Shown here in pieces: positions 18,280 through 28,389 of a stretch of 32,524 bases of DNA (position 1 is the stretch's first letter; the number at the start of each line of letters is the position of its first letter). The DNA comes from Catonella sp. (GTDB taxonomy: Bacteria > Bacillota > Clostridia > Lachnospirales > Lachnospiraceae): positions 1 to 32,524 of the forward strand of contig JBHADN010000235.1 in NCBI GenBank assembly GCA_041855085.1. The letters are read 5' to 3'. Under the pieces are notes generated by a model. That model searched no databases. It was not told where the DNA came from and saw nothing but the letters and a program-made list of their open reading frames with translations. The translations under genes and the position numbers were made by a program.

Positions 18280-20061
18280 TCAATGTTTAATTTCAATTCC
18301 AAGCTCTTCCAGCTGTTTTAAATCCACAGTACCCGGAGAACCGAGCATAAGATCCACCGCGTCCTTATTCTTAGGAAATGCTATAACTTCTCTTATATTT
18401 TCCGCACCCGCAAGCAACATAACAAGGCGATCCACACCGTAAGCAAGTCCTGCATGAGGAGGCACGCCGTACTTAAAGGCATCCAAAAGAAATCCGAATC
18501 TGTTATGTGCTTCTTCCTTAGTAAAGCCCAACAGTTCAAACATTTTTTCCTGTACATCATTTTGATAAATTCTTACCGAGCCTCCGCCGAGTTCGTATCC
18601 GTTTAACACTATATCGTAGGCTTTTGCCCTTATGGATGCCGGATCGGTATCCGCTTTACTCCAATCCTCGTCCATAGGTGCGGTAAACGGATGATGCTCC
18701 GCAACAAACCTCTCTTCTTCCTCGTTCCAGCCGAGAAGAGGGAATTCCACTATCCACAGGAAATTGAATCTGCTCTTGTCTATAAGTCCGAGCTCCTCTC
18801 CTAGCTCCGTACGCAGAGAACCCAGTACATTCCATACCAGTTCGGTTTTATCCGCCGCAAAAAGAAGCAAGTCGCCCTTTTCGCCCTTCATTACCCTTAC
18901 CAGATTGTCAAGCTCTTCCTCTGTCATAAATTTTGAAAAAGAGGACTTATAAGTGCCGTCTTCATTTACCGCAAGATAAGCAAGTCCCTTTGCTCCGAAG
19001 CCTTTTGCCTTTTCTACAAGTGCGTCTATCCTCTTGCGCGGCATTCCTGCCTGTCCTTTTACATTTATTCCTCTTACGCTTCCGCCCTTCATCTCCAGAG
19101 CCGCCGTAAATACTCCGAATCCGCAGCCTTTTACCGTTTCCGACACATCGGTAAGCTTCATGTCAAATCTTGTGTCAGGCTTGTCGGAGCCGTAGTCATT
19201 CATGGCATCTATCCATCTCATTCTCGGGAAAGGACAAGCAAGGTCTATACCCTTTATTTCTTTCATGATATGCGCCATGAGGCGTTCATTTACTTCAAGC
19301 ACATCGTCGACATCCGCAAAAGAAAGCTCCATATCCGCCTGGGTAAACTCCGGCTGCCTGTCCGCTCTTAAATCTTCATCCCTGAAACAACGGGCAATCT
19401 GAAAATATCTGTCAAAGCCCGACAACATGAGAAGCTGTTTAAGTACCTGAGGCGACTGAGGCAGAGCATAAAAGTTTCCGGGATGAACTCTGCTAGGCAC
19501 AAGATAATCCCTTGCTCCCTCCGGTGTGGAGTTGCACATAATAGGGGTTTCAACCTCGATAAAGCCCTCATCCGCCATAAAGTCACGCATAAGCCGCATT
19601 ACTCTGCTTTTCAGTATGAGTCTTGACTGCAAATCCGGACGCCTTAAATCCAGATATCTGTATTTAAGCCTGAGTTCTTCCTTGGTCTTTGTATCACTTA
19701 CTATCTCAAAAGGCGTTGTTTCCGCCTCGGAAAGTATTCTTGTTTCCTTTACTATAATTTCTATATGACCTGTAGGTATATTTTCGTTGACCGCAGCCCT
19801 CTCTGCCACCACTCCGGTAGCCGCTATTACGAATTCGTTGCGGAATTTCTCCGCCTTTTTGAAATTCTCTTCTCCGCAATCCTTTTCCTCATATACAAGC
19901 TGTAAAATTCCCGTCCTATCTCTGAGGTCTATAAAGATAAGTCCTCCCTTATTTCTGTATTTTGCCACCCAGCCCATTACCGTAACCGTACTGCCTATAT
20001 CGTTTACCCCAAGCTCGGTGCATCTGTGTGTCCTTTTCATACCCTTCATCGCTTCAGCCAT
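18280..20061 (-). CDS. aspS: Aspartate--tRNA ligase
   Basis: FIDLRDRTG, RLKYRYLDLRR, TPEGARDY, ALPQSPQ, CFRDEDLRADRQPEFTQ, HHPFT, GYELGGGSVRI, PPHAGLAYGVDRL. Confidence 0.98.
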   Translation of the reverse strand: MAEAMKGMKRTHRCTELGVNDIGSTVTVMGWVAKYRNKGGLIFIDLRDRTGILQLVYEEKDCGEENFKKAEKFRNEFVIAATGVVAERAAVNENIPTGHIEIIVKETRILSEAETTPFEIVSDTKTKEELRLKYRYLDLRRPDLQSRLILKSRVMRLMRDFMADEGFIEVETPIMCNSTPEGARDYLVPSRVHPGNFYALPQSPQVLKQLLMLSGFDRYFQIARCFRDEDLRADRQPEFTQADMELSFADVDDVLEVNERLMAHIMKEIKGIDLACPFPRMRWIDAMNDYGSDKPDTRFDMKLTDVSETVKGCGFGVFTAALEMKGGSVRGINVKGQAGMPRKRIDALVEKAKGFGAKGLAYLAVNEDGTYKSSFSKFMTEEELDNLVRVMKGEKGDLLLFAADKTELVWNVLGSLRTELGEELGLIDKSRFNFLWIVEFPLLGWNEEEERFVAEHHPFTAPMDEDWSKADTDPASIRAKAYDIVLNGYELGGGSVRIYQNDVQEKMFELLGFTKEEAHNRFGFLLDAFKYGVPPHAGLAYGVDRLVMLLAGAENIREVIAFPKNKDAVDLMLGSPGTVDLKQLEELGIEIKH

Positions 20062-20087
20062 TGTCTTATCCTCTCAACAATTAAATT

Positions 20088-20369
20088 TTAATTCTGTGTT
20101 CCATGCCTCATTGAAAATAATTTATCATACAGGTACGGCATGTTAGGAATATTGTAGGTCATTCCGTCTATAAAAACCATTTCCATTCTTTTGCGCCTGT
20201 ACAGGAAAACACTTTTAACCTGTGGCAGCCAAGCCAAAAAAAGCTGACACTCGGGGCTGTTTTCCGGCAGCAACGCTACTAAAATTTCCTGAGGTGTTAA
20301 TTCATTGAAAATCTGCCTTTCAGAATCCCAGACCATCACATTACCATCTCTTCCCATCTCAAACACCAT
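20088..20369 (-). CDS. Hypothetical protein (89-93 aa) between hisS and aspS
   Basis: Open frame fills the whole hisS-aspS gap, co-oriented, preceded by TAAGGAG; true start may be GTG 20366 or ATG 20357; no recognisable domain. Confidence 0.6.
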   Translation of the reverse strand: MVFEMGRDGNVMVWDSERQIFNELTPQEILVALLPENSPECQLFLAWLPQVKSVFLYRRKRMEMVFIDGMTYNIPNMPYLYDKLFSMRHGTQN

Positions 20370-20378
20370 CTCCTTACT

Positions 20379-21623
20379 TTATAGCAAATATTCCGTAAGA
20401 CTTTCCAGTTTTACCTCTGTTTCATTTCCCTGTTTCATGTCCTTTAACATAACTCTTCCCGTTTCCGCTTCATTTTCCCCTATTATTATGAGATAGTCGG
20501 CGCCCAGCTTGTTTGCGTACTTCATCTGAGCCTTAACTGAACGGTCCAGGTAGTCGGTTTCTACTATTATCCCGTTATTTCTGAGATTGGTAACTATCTT
20601 AAACGCCTCAGCCTTGACCTTATCGCCCATTATTCCGACATAGAGCGCGGGATGAGGCGCCTTTTCCTGCTCTATGCCTTCTTTTTCAAGGAAATACAGT
20701 ATTCTCTCTATTCCCATACCGAAGCCGACTGCGGGGATATCCTGCTTGCCGTCTATTTCCTTTATAAGTCCGTCATACCTTCCGCCTCCGCAAAGAGTAA
20801 AGCCGTCCTTATCCACAAATTCAAAAACTGTCTTGGTATAATAGTCCAGTCCTCTTACTATGCCTGTATCCACTTCATAATCTATATTAAGCTCTGTAAG
20901 AAGTCTTTTAAGACTTTCAAAATGGCTGCTGCATTCTTCGTCCAGAAAGTCCACCGTTCTCGGCGCTTTCTCCACTATCGCCTTGCAGCCCGGCACTTTA
21001 CAATCGATTACCCTGAGAGGGTTTTTCTTCATTCTCTCCTTACAATCGGAGCAAAGCTCATTTTCATAGCCTTTAAGGTACGAAAGCAGGGCATCATTGT
21101 AGGCTTTTCTGCACTCTCCGTAACCTATGCTGTTAATATGGAGCTTTACATCCTTAAGTCCTATTCTGCGTATAAACTCCTTTACCAGAGTTATAAGCTC
21201 CACCTCCGCCATAGGCCCTTTTGCGCCTATAAACTCCACTCCGAACTGATGATGCTGTCTTAATCTGCCGCTTTGCGGTCTTTCGTATCTGAATGCCTGT
21301 GTAAAGTAAAACAGCTTGGTCGGCTGCGGTTCCGCATACATATTATTTTCAAGATATGCTCTTATTGCCCCTGCCGTTCCCTCAGGCTTGAGGCTGATAT
21401 CTCTATCTCCCTTATCCTTAAAGGTATACATTTCTTTTTGTACTACATCTGTAGTATCGCCTACGCTTCTGTTAAAAAGTACCGTATGTTCAAAAGCCGG
21501 AGTAATAATCTCTCCCATATTATAATTTTTACAAAGTTCTCTTGCCAACTCCTCTATTTTGGTGCGTTTCCACACATTCTCCCCAAACCAGTCCTGTGTG
21601 CCCTTAGGTCTATTTGTAATCAT
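20379..21623 (-). CDS. hisS: Histidine--tRNA ligase
   Basis: [75 protein letters not shown]. Start moved to ATG 21623 (AGGAGG SD). Confidence 0.98.
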   Translation of the reverse strand: MITNRPKGTQDWFGENVWKRTKIEELARELCKNYNMGEIITPAFEHTVLFNRSVGDTTDVVQKEMYTFKDKGDRDISLKPEGTAGAIRAYLENNMYAEPQPTKLFYFTQAFRYERPQSGRLRQHHQFGVEFIGAKGPMAEVELITLVKEFIRRIGLKDVKLHINSIGYGECRKAYNDALLSYLKGYENELCSDCKERMKKNPLRVIDCKVPGCKAIVEKAPRTVDFLDEECSSHFESLKRLLTELNIDYEVDTGIVRGLDYYTKTVFEFVDKDGFTLCGGGRYDGLIKEIDGKQDIPAVGFGMGIERILYFLEKEGIEQEKAPHPALYVGIMGDKVKAEAFKIVTNLRNNGIIVETDYLDRSVKAQMKYANKLGADYLIIIGENEAETGRVMLKDMKQGNETEVKLESLTEYLL

Positions 21624-21631
21624 AATCCTCC

Positions 21632-22291
21632 TTACCACAAATCCAAATTCATTTCCGTATTTTCGTAAAAGCTATGGCTGCTCTTCTTGTTTTCCTCAAT
21701 TATCTGAGCCAGTTCTTCAAAGCTGTCACAGTTTACCACTTTCTGAAGCGCAAGAAAACATCTCATATCAAAATTTTTAATCTCATTTATCATAAGCCGT
21801 ACGGCCTTATCCGCTGTAAATGCCTGCCTGTAAGGGCGGTTTGCAACCAATGCCCCGAACACATCACAAACCCTGAGTATCCTTGCCGCCAAAGGTATAT
21901 CCTCTCCCTTAAGGTTGTTCGGATATCCTGTGCCGTCATAATTCTCATGATGATACAGTACCGCATTCAATATGTGGTCACTATAATCCTGCTTCTTCAG
22001 TATACCATAACTTAACACGGAGTGCATCCTTACATATTTAATTTCTTCAACTTTAAGCTCTCCATTTTTTCTGCCGTAGAGATAATTGCCTATACGGAGT
22101 TTGCCTATATCATGCAAAAGACCTGCCTGCACTATATTCTTCACAAATCCCTCCGACTGACCGAGCTCCCTTGCAACCTTTCCCGCAAGATTGCTTACCA
22201 CCATGCCATGCTTAACCAAGTCATCCAAATCAACTGCCAGTACAATTTCGTCGGGCATATTACAACCGGAAACCTTGCTTCTCTCTGTCAT
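21632..22291 (-). CDS. Stand-alone HD-GYP domain protein (putative cyclic dinucleotide phosphodiesterase)
   Basis: [37 protein letters not shown]; TAATG overlap with hemZ stop. Confidence 0.9.
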   Translation of the reverse strand: MTERSKVSGCNMPDEIVLAVDLDDLVKHGMVVSNLAGKVARELGQSEGFVKNIVQAGLLHDIGKLRIGNYLYGRKNGELKVEEIKYVRMHSVLSYGILKKQDYSDHILNAVLYHHENYDGTGYPNNLKGEDIPLAARILRVCDVFGALVANRPYRQAFTADKAVRLMINEIKNFDMRCFLALQKVVNCDSFEELAQIIEENKKSSHSFYENTEMNLDLW

Positions 22292-23778
22292 TACAGCATT
22301 TCTCCAAATTCTTCTAAAAATTTCTTTTTGCGGTCAATCATTTCATCTATCCGTTCTATGTAATCGCCTACAAATTTCACATTTTCAGTTCTCTCTATCC
22401 TGTTTCCGTCCTTAAACACGAATTTACAGGAAGAGCCTGCGCCAAGCCCTATTATAGTGTGCTTTTCCTCCATTATGAGGATGTTATACAATCCTTCCTT
22501 TCCCGCTCTAGCATACCCCACATTTTCCAGATTGTCGGCTATATTTTTCTGCCTGTAAAGGTAGTACGGCTCGTACCCGTTTTCCCTAGCAAATCTGTAA
22601 GTAAGCTCCTGCTGCACCGCCGTATCGACCGGAAGCATTCCCGAAAGCTCGTCCAGCTTCAACTTGAGCCTTGCCGCCCTTTTGATTGCAAGCGCATGTA
22701 CCGTAATATCATCCGGATTAAGCTTCTTTATCTCCGAGAGCGTATACTTCGTATCCTCTGCGGTTTCTCCCGGCAAACCTACTATAAGATCCATGTTTAT
22801 GTCTTCCATGCCCTCTTCGCGTGCCATATAAAACGCATTTCTTACGGACTCCGCGTCATGCATCCTCCCTATGAGCTTCAGCGTCCTGTCCGACATGGTT
22901 TGAGGGTTGATAGACATCCTCTTAACGCCGAGCGCTTTCATGACCTTAAGTTTTTCCCTTGTTATGCTGTCAGGTCTTCCCGCCTCTACGGTAAACTCAC
23001 GCACTCCCGCCATAGGCAGCTTCAGATTGATATAGGATATCAACATCTCCAGTTCCTCTGCCGAAAGTGAAGTAGGAGTTCCTCCTCCTACATACACCGT
23101 AGTGAGTTTCTTATGAGGAAGTACTGCGGCGGCAAAATCTATTTCCTTGAAAAGAGCTTGTAAATATTCCCCCACTTTTTTCTTATAGCCACCTATAGGA
23201 TACGATGTAAACGAGCAGTAAAGACAGGTGGTAGGGCAAAACGGTATTCCTATATAAATGCTGAAGCCGTTTTTATAGTCCATACTTTCAAGCAAAAGAT
23301 TTTCTTTCTTTGCTATTTCCAGAGAAAGTTCAAGCTTTTCTTCTCCGCACAGATATTGCTCCCTGTAAAAGCTCCTTATCTCATCGTCGCTCCTTTTCTC
23401 CTCCACATAGTCACAGGCTATTTTAGTAGGTCTTATGCCTGTAAGTGTTCCCCAAGGAAGTTCTTCTCCCGTATATTCGCTAAGTATACGGTACAACACC
23501 TTTTTTAATTCATTCTTATAAAGGCGCCTGTCATTCTCAACAGTTTCGTAGCGGCAGTCCTTTCTTATCGTTTTGCCGGTACTGTCTTTGAGCCACATAT
23601 CTATGAGCAATTCTCCGTTATATACATACAGTACGCAGCCCTCTGCAGCCTCGCACAGACTATCCGGTTCCAAGAACTCGCAGACGGTCACCTTTATTTC
23701 CTCTCTCGGAAAAAATGCCCTCACAAGCGGTCTGACATCCTGCTCAAACGAAGCCTCGTGCAGTCTTATCTCTACCAT
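22291..23778 (-). CDS. hemZ: HemZ-family radical SAM protein (coproporphyrinogen dehydrogenase-like)
   Basis: PWGTLTGIRPTK, YIGIPFCPTTCLYCSF, GGGTPT, EFTVEAGRPD, PYYLYRQKN, ENVGYA. Confidence 0.93.
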   Translation of the reverse strand: MVEIRLHEASFEQDVRPLVRAFFPREEIKVTVCEFLEPDSLCEAAEGCVLYVYNGELLIDMWLKDSTGKTIRKDCRYETVENDRRLYKNELKKVLYRILSEYTGEELPWGTLTGIRPTKIACDYVEEKRSDDEIRSFYREQYLCGEEKLELSLEIAKKENLLLESMDYKNGFSIYIGIPFCPTTCLYCSFTSYPIGGYKKKVGEYLQALFKEIDFAAAVLPHKKLTTVYVGGGTPTSLSAEELEMLISYINLKLPMAGVREFTVEAGRPDSITREKLKVMKALGVKRMSINPQTMSDRTLKLIGRMHDAESVRNAFYMAREEGMEDINMDLIVGLPGETAEDTKYTLSEIKKLNPDDITVHALAIKRAARLKLKLDELSGMLPVDTAVQQELTYRFARENGYEPYYLYRQKNIADNLENVGYARAGKEGLYNILIMEEKHTIIGLGAGSSCKFVFKDGNRIERTENVKFVGDYIERIDEMIDRKKKFLEEFGEML

Positions 23779-23793
23779 TATTTATATTCCTAT

Positions 23794-24441
23794 CTATCTG
23801 AGATACGGATTTCCTGCCAGTTCCTTTGCTATGGTTGTCGCTCTCCCGTGCCCCGAAAACACCGTAACATCCTCATCCATAACCTTAAATACAGTATCCA
23901 GAGTATTTCTCATAACCTCATCATCTCCGGTAGGCAGATCGCATCTGCCTATGCTGCCTGCAAATATCGCATCTCCGGTAAATATGACCTTCCTAAGACT
24001 TACGCTGTTTTCGGGATTTTCGGTATAAAAGCTTACACTTCCCGAGGTGTGCCCCGGAGTGGATATTACTCTCAGCTTCAAACCCTCAAAGTCGAGTTCA
24101 TCTCCATCCTTTACCGTCACATCCGCAGTAAGCTTAAAATCCTTTCGCGCAAAGCGCATGCCCATATTTAACGACGAGTCTTCCAACAGCTCTTTTTCCG
24201 CCTCGCCCGCATATATCTTTATCCCGTATCTTTCAGCAATTTCTTCGGCTGCCATAGCATGATCGAAATGCCCATGTGTAAGCAGCACTCCGCACGGTTT
24301 TAAGCCTTTGCTTTCAATCTGTGAAATTATTTTCCCCGCCTCGTCTGCAGGATCTATGATTATACATTTCCCTTCAAAACCGACTATATACACATTGGTA
24401 CTTACCATACCCAGCACCATGCTCTCAATTTCTATCTTCAT
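23794..24441 (-). CDS. MBL-fold metallo-hydrolase (glyoxalase II-like)
   Basis: LTHGHFDHA, TPGHTSGS, FTGDAIF.GSIGRCD, GHG; TGATG overlap with rel stop. Confidence 0.92.
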   Translation of the reverse strand: MKIEIESMVLGMVSTNVYIVGFEGKCIIIDPADEAGKIISQIESKGLKPCGVLLTHGHFDHAMAAEEIAERYGIKIYAGEAEKELLEDSSLNMGMRFARKDFKLTADVTVKDGDELDFEGLKLRVISTPGHTSGSVSFYTENPENSVSLRKVIFTGDAIFAGSIGRCDLPTGDDEVMRNTLDTVFKVMDEDVTVFSGHGRATTIAKELAGNPYLR

Positions 24442-26792
24442 CAGCCTGTTGTCCTCTCTATGTCAATAACTCCGTCCAAACTCCGAAGCTTTGATGTAAG
24501 TGTGGCAAGCTGGTTCTTGCCCTTTATCTCGAACATGATATCCAAAGTAGCTATGCCCTGCTTGTTTGTCCTTGCAGAAACGCTTGTAATATCAAGGTTT
24601 GCCTCCGTAAACACTCTTGAAACATCTATCAGCAGACCGCTCCTGTTGTTTGCAAATATCTTGATTTCCGTAGTATAAAGCTTGTCCGTCTGACTTGTAG
24701 CCTCAGGCGACCATTCCGCTTCTATGAGCCTGCGTCTGTCATCCTCCGAGAGATTCATAACATTTATACAGTCCGTCCTGTGTACGGATATTCCTCTGCC
24801 CCTTGTGACAAAGCCGACTATCTCGTCGCCGGGCACAGGAGAACAGCATTTTGAAAAATGCACCGAAACATCCTCTATTCCCTTTACGACTATTCCTCCC
24901 TTGGAACGAATAGTCTTGGCAGGAGTGACCGAATGGTCTTCAAGCTTCTCCAAGATATCCTCATCCGTCATCTCTGAGATTTCTTTTTTCTTCTTTTCCT
25001 CCGCAAGCTTGTTTACTATCTGACCTTCTTTAAGTCCTCCTCTGCCGACCGCGGCACAGATGGCATCCCAATCTCTGAAGCCGTACTTATTCATACAGGC
25101 CTGCATAAATTCCGGCTTAAGCAGCTCGCTCATAACCAGTGAGTGCGACTTACAGTAATTCATCATAAGCTCCTTGCCGCGTATGATGTTATCCTCTTTT
25201 AATTCAGTCTTAAACCATTGGTTTATCTTCGACCTTGCCTGTGTGCTCTTTACGATTTTCAGCCAGTCGCGACTCGGTCCTTTGGAATTCTGGCTGGTCA
25301 GAATTTCCATCCTGTCGCCGTTCTGTATTACATAGTCTATGGTAACAAGCTTTCCGTTTGCTCTCGCTCCCACCATCTTGTTGCCCACCGCCGAGTGGAT
25401 GCTGTAAGCAAAGTCGATAGGAGTGGAGCCTGCCGGCAGATTTTTAACATCTCCGGTAGGAGTAAAGCAGTAAACGCTGTCCGAAAACAGGTTCAAATCC
25501 GCCTTAATCACGCTTAAGAATTCCTTGTTGTCCGACATGTCCTTCTGCCACTCAAGTATCTGCCTGAGCCAGTTATACTTAGCCTCTTCGCTCGCCTTGC
25601 TGTTTTTGCCGTCACGGCTCTCCTTATATTTCCAATGCGCCGCTATACCGTATTCCGCCGTTCTGTGCATGTCATAAGTGCGTATCTGTATCTCGAAAGG
25701 CTGCCCCTTAGGCCCTATGAGCGTGGTGTGCAGCGATTGGTACATATTGGATTTAGGCATGGCTATATAGTCCTTAAATCTTCCCGGCACGGGCACATAC
25801 ATCTCATGTATCGCACCGAGAGCCGCATAGCAGTCCTTAAGGCTCTCCACTATTATCCTTATTGCAAATATGTCATAAATCTGGTCAAGTGTTTTATTCT
25901 GATTTACCATTTTTTTGTAAATACTGAAATAATGCTTAACCCTGCCTCCTATGGTAGCCTCAATCCCCGCCTCTTTTATATGGGCTGTAACTTCCTTTTC
26001 TATTTCCTTTATAAACGCTCCCTTTTCGAGCGCCTTTTCCCTTATTTTTGTATCCAAGTCCTTATAGACATCGGGATGAAGATACTTTAACGACAGGTCA
26101 TCAAGCTCCACCTTAATCTTGCTTATACCGAGTCTTTGCGCAATAGGGGAGTATATGTCCATGGTTTCCCTTGACTTTTCTATCTGCTTTGCAGGCGACT
26201 GATACTCCATAGTTCTCATATTGTGCAGCCTGTCCGCAAGCTTTATAAGTATTACTCGGATATCCTTTGCCATAGCGAGAAACATTTTTCTCAAATTTTC
26301 AGCCTGAACATCTACCTTGTCTTTGGCATATTGAAGCTGTGTGAGCTTCGTTACTCCGTCCACAAGCAGCAGCACTTCCTCTCCGAACTCCTCCCTAAGC
26401 TCCTCGGGAGAGCAGGCGGTATCCTCTATAACATCATGCAGTATGCCTGAAATGATGGTTTCCTTGTCAAGCTCCAGTTCCGCCAGAATGATTGCCACAC
26501 AAAGCGGATGACAGATATAAGGCTCGCCCGACTTCCTAAGCTGTCCCTCGTGACAACTGTCCGCAAGCTCATATGCCTTTTTGATTTGAGAAATATCTGT
26601 TGACGGATGATACTTGTAAATAGTTTTAACAAGTTTGTCGAAGAGTTCCTCCTTTGAGGTGAATTCGGCAATTGTATTAAGCTCTCTGTCAGCATTTTCA
26701 ACTTTTTTCTTTATACTTTCATTTGAGGAAACATAATCATTTATCTGCTCCCTTACTTCTTCAGCCCTGTCTTTTACCTTTGCTCCGTCCAT
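24441..26792 (-). CDS. relA: Bifunctional (p)ppGpp synthetase/hydrolase Rel
   Basis: RKSGEPYICHP, intact HD motif LHDVIED, KLADRLHNMRT, RFKDYIAMPK, YQSLHT, EIQIRT, TGS (DFAYSIHS), CC (KCCSPVPGD) and ACT regions. Confidence 0.97.
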   Translation of the reverse strand: MDGAKVKDRAEEVREQINDYVSSNESIKKKVENADRELNTIAEFTSKEELFDKLVKTIYKYHPSTDISQIKKAYELADSCHEGQLRKSGEPYICHPLCVAIILAELELDKETIISGILHDVIEDTACSPEELREEFGEEVLLLVDGVTKLTQLQYAKDKVDVQAENLRKMFLAMAKDIRVILIKLADRLHNMRTMEYQSPAKQIEKSRETMDIYSPIAQRLGISKIKVELDDLSLKYLHPDVYKDLDTKIREKALEKGAFIKEIEKEVTAHIKEAGIEATIGGRVKHYFSIYKKMVNQNKTLDQIYDIFAIRIIVESLKDCYAALGAIHEMYVPVPGRFKDYIAMPKSNMYQSLHTTLIGPKGQPFEIQIRTYDMHRTAEYGIAAHWKYKESRDGKNSKASEEAKYNWLRQILEWQKDMSDNKEFLSVIKADLNLFSDSVYCFTPTGDVKNLPAGSTPIDFAYSIHSAVGNKMVGARANGKLVTIDYVIQNGDRMEILTSQNSKGPSRDWLKIVKSTQARSKINQWFKTELKEDNIIRGKELMMNYCKSHSLVMSELLKPEFMQACMNKYGFRDWDAICAAVGRGGLKEGQIVNKLAEEKKKKEISEMTDEDILEKLEDHSVTPAKTIRSKGGIVVKGIEDVSVHFSKCCSPVPGDEIVGFVTRGRGISVHRTDCINVMNLSEDDRRRLIEAEWSPEATSQTDKLYTTEIKIFANNRSGLLIDVSRVFTEANLDITSVSARTNKQGIATLDIMFEIKGKNQLATLTSKLRSLDGVIDIERTTG

Positions 26793-26827
26793 ATACTCAC
26801 CAAATGTCTTTATGACATCCTTTCAGC

Positions 26828-27676
26828 TTACTTTATGATTAACGAATATACTATGATTATTATGCCCAACACTATCCTGTACCAGCCAAATATTTTAAAG
26901 TCATGCTTTCTTATGTATCCCATCAAAAAGCTTATCACAAAAAGTGAAACAATAAATGCCGTAAGTGTGCCTATAATGAGAATTGCTACCTCCATACCGG
27001 TAAATGCAAGCCCGCCCTGTACGAAGTATTTTACAATCTTTAACACACTCGCCCCGAACATAACCGGGATTGCCAGATAGAAGGTAAACTCAGCCGCAAC
27101 CTTTCTTGAAAGTCCCAGTATAAGTCCTCCTATGATTGTTGCTCCCGACCTTGAGGTTCCCGGGAATACCGCCGCCGCCAACTGAAAAATACCTATTATA
27201 AAAGCTTCCTTAAGTGTAATTTCCGAAGTCTTGTTCACATAGGCGGGCGCATCTTTTCCTATCCGGCTTTCTATAACTATAAAAAATATTCCTACGACTA
27301 TAAGCGCAACCGCAACTGAAAGCGGATTATAAAAGTATTTATTTATCAAATCGTCAAAAATCAGTCCCACTACCGCCGCAGGTATACAGGCTATTATTAT
27401 CTTCAGCCAGAGTCTTACCTTAACCATTCTGATAACAATTCTGCCGTCTTTTTTCTTAAACGGCAGCAGCTTTCTCCAAAACAACAGCACTACTGCCATA
27501 ATTGCGCCCAACTGTATGACTATCTCAAATACTTTCCAAAATTCTGCAGATACTTTGAGAGAAATGATATCCTGCAAAACTATCATGTGTCCTGTAGAGC
27601 TTACCGGAAGCCACTCCGTAACTCCCTCGACTATGCCTAAAACTATGGCTTTTATTATTTCCAGAATAATATCCAT
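26828..27676 (-). CDS. uppP: Undecaprenyl-diphosphate phosphatase (BacA)
   Basis: GIVEGVTEWLPVSSTGH, IQLGAI, PGTSRSGATI, AAEFTFYLAIP, FGWYRI. Start moved to ATG 27676 (GGAGG SD). Confidence 0.96.
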   Translation of the reverse strand: MDIILEIIKAIVLGIVEGVTEWLPVSSTGHMIVLQDIISLKVSAEFWKVFEIVIQLGAIMAVVLLFWRKLLPFKKKDGRIVIRMVKVRLWLKIIIACIPAAVVGLIFDDLINKYFYNPLSVAVALIVVGIFFIVIESRIGKDAPAYVNKTSEITLKEAFIIGIFQLAAAVFPGTSRSGATIIGGLILGLSRKVAAEFTFYLAIPVMFGASVLKIVKYFVQGGLAFTGMEVAILIIGTLTAFIVSLFVISFLMGYIRKHDFKIFGWYRIVLGIIIIVYSLIIK

Positions 27677-27693
27677 GCCCCCTCCATATATGC

Positions 27694-27724
27694 AAAATTG
27701 AGCGTCAACCTCCTGACGCTCAAT
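27694..27724 (-). terminator. Stem-loop/terminator between apt and uppP
   Basis: Minus strand ATTGAGCGTCA-GGAGGT-TGACGCTCAAT-TTT, perfect 11-bp stem. Confidence 0.7.
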
Positions 27725-27742
27725 GAAAAGCAAAATGCAACA

Positions 27743-28267
27743 TTATTTACCCGGATATTTGATTATAGAAACCAAATCATAATCTTTTAACTTTTCTCTT
27801 CCATTGAGTCCCTCAAGCTCTATCAGAAAAACTATCTTGACAACCTCGCCTCCGAGCTTTTCCACAAGCTTGCATATAGCCTCTGTTGTACCCCCTGTTG
27901 CAATCAAATCGTCTATAATAACTACCTTGTCGCCCGGCTTTATGGCATCTTTATGCACCTCAAGTTCTGCTGTACCGTATTCAAGTTCATATTCTATAGA
28001 TACAGTTTCATGTGGAAGCTTACCCTTTTTTCTTATAGGCACAAAGGATTTATGCGTATTGTAGGCTATAGGTACTCCAAATATAAAACCTCTGGACTCC
28101 GGCCCTACAACAGCAGTAAACTCCGCTTCTCCAAGCGCAGCGCTCATCTGGTCGATAGCCATCCTCAGTCCGTCTTTGTCTGAAAGCACAGTAGTGATGT
28201 CCCTAAACATAACTCCTTCTTCCGGGAAATTCGGTATAGTTCTGATATAATCCTCTAATTTTTTCAT
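27743..28267 (-). CDS. apt: Adenine phosphoribosyltransferase
   Basis: IPNFPEEGVMFRDITT, ESRGFIFG, RKKGKLP, YELEYG, IIDDLIATGGT. Start probably ATG 28267 (track gives 28282). Confidence 0.98.
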   Translation of the reverse strand: MKKLEDYIRTIPNFPEEGVMFRDITTVLSDKDGLRMAIDQMSAALGEAEFTAVVGPESRGFIFGVPIAYNTHKSFVPIRKKGKLPHETVSIEYELEYGTAELEVHKDAIKPGDKVVIIDDLIATGGTTEAICKLVEKLGGEVVKIVFLIELEGLNGREKLKDYDLVSIIKYPGK

Positions 28268-28389
28268 TATATTTAACTCCATTCACTAAGTTTATCCTGT
28301 CATTCACAGTTCAAATAATAGCTCTGTAAAGATTTATTTTACCACTAAATATAGGGGAAATCAAGGAAAAATGTGTGAGAAGCATTACC

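Noticed and set aside
20062-20378. T-box riboswitch between hisS and aspS (also before hisS and gltX)
   Set aside because: No GGTGGNACC T-box core or terminator; the space is an open reading frame, and the other leaders are too short.
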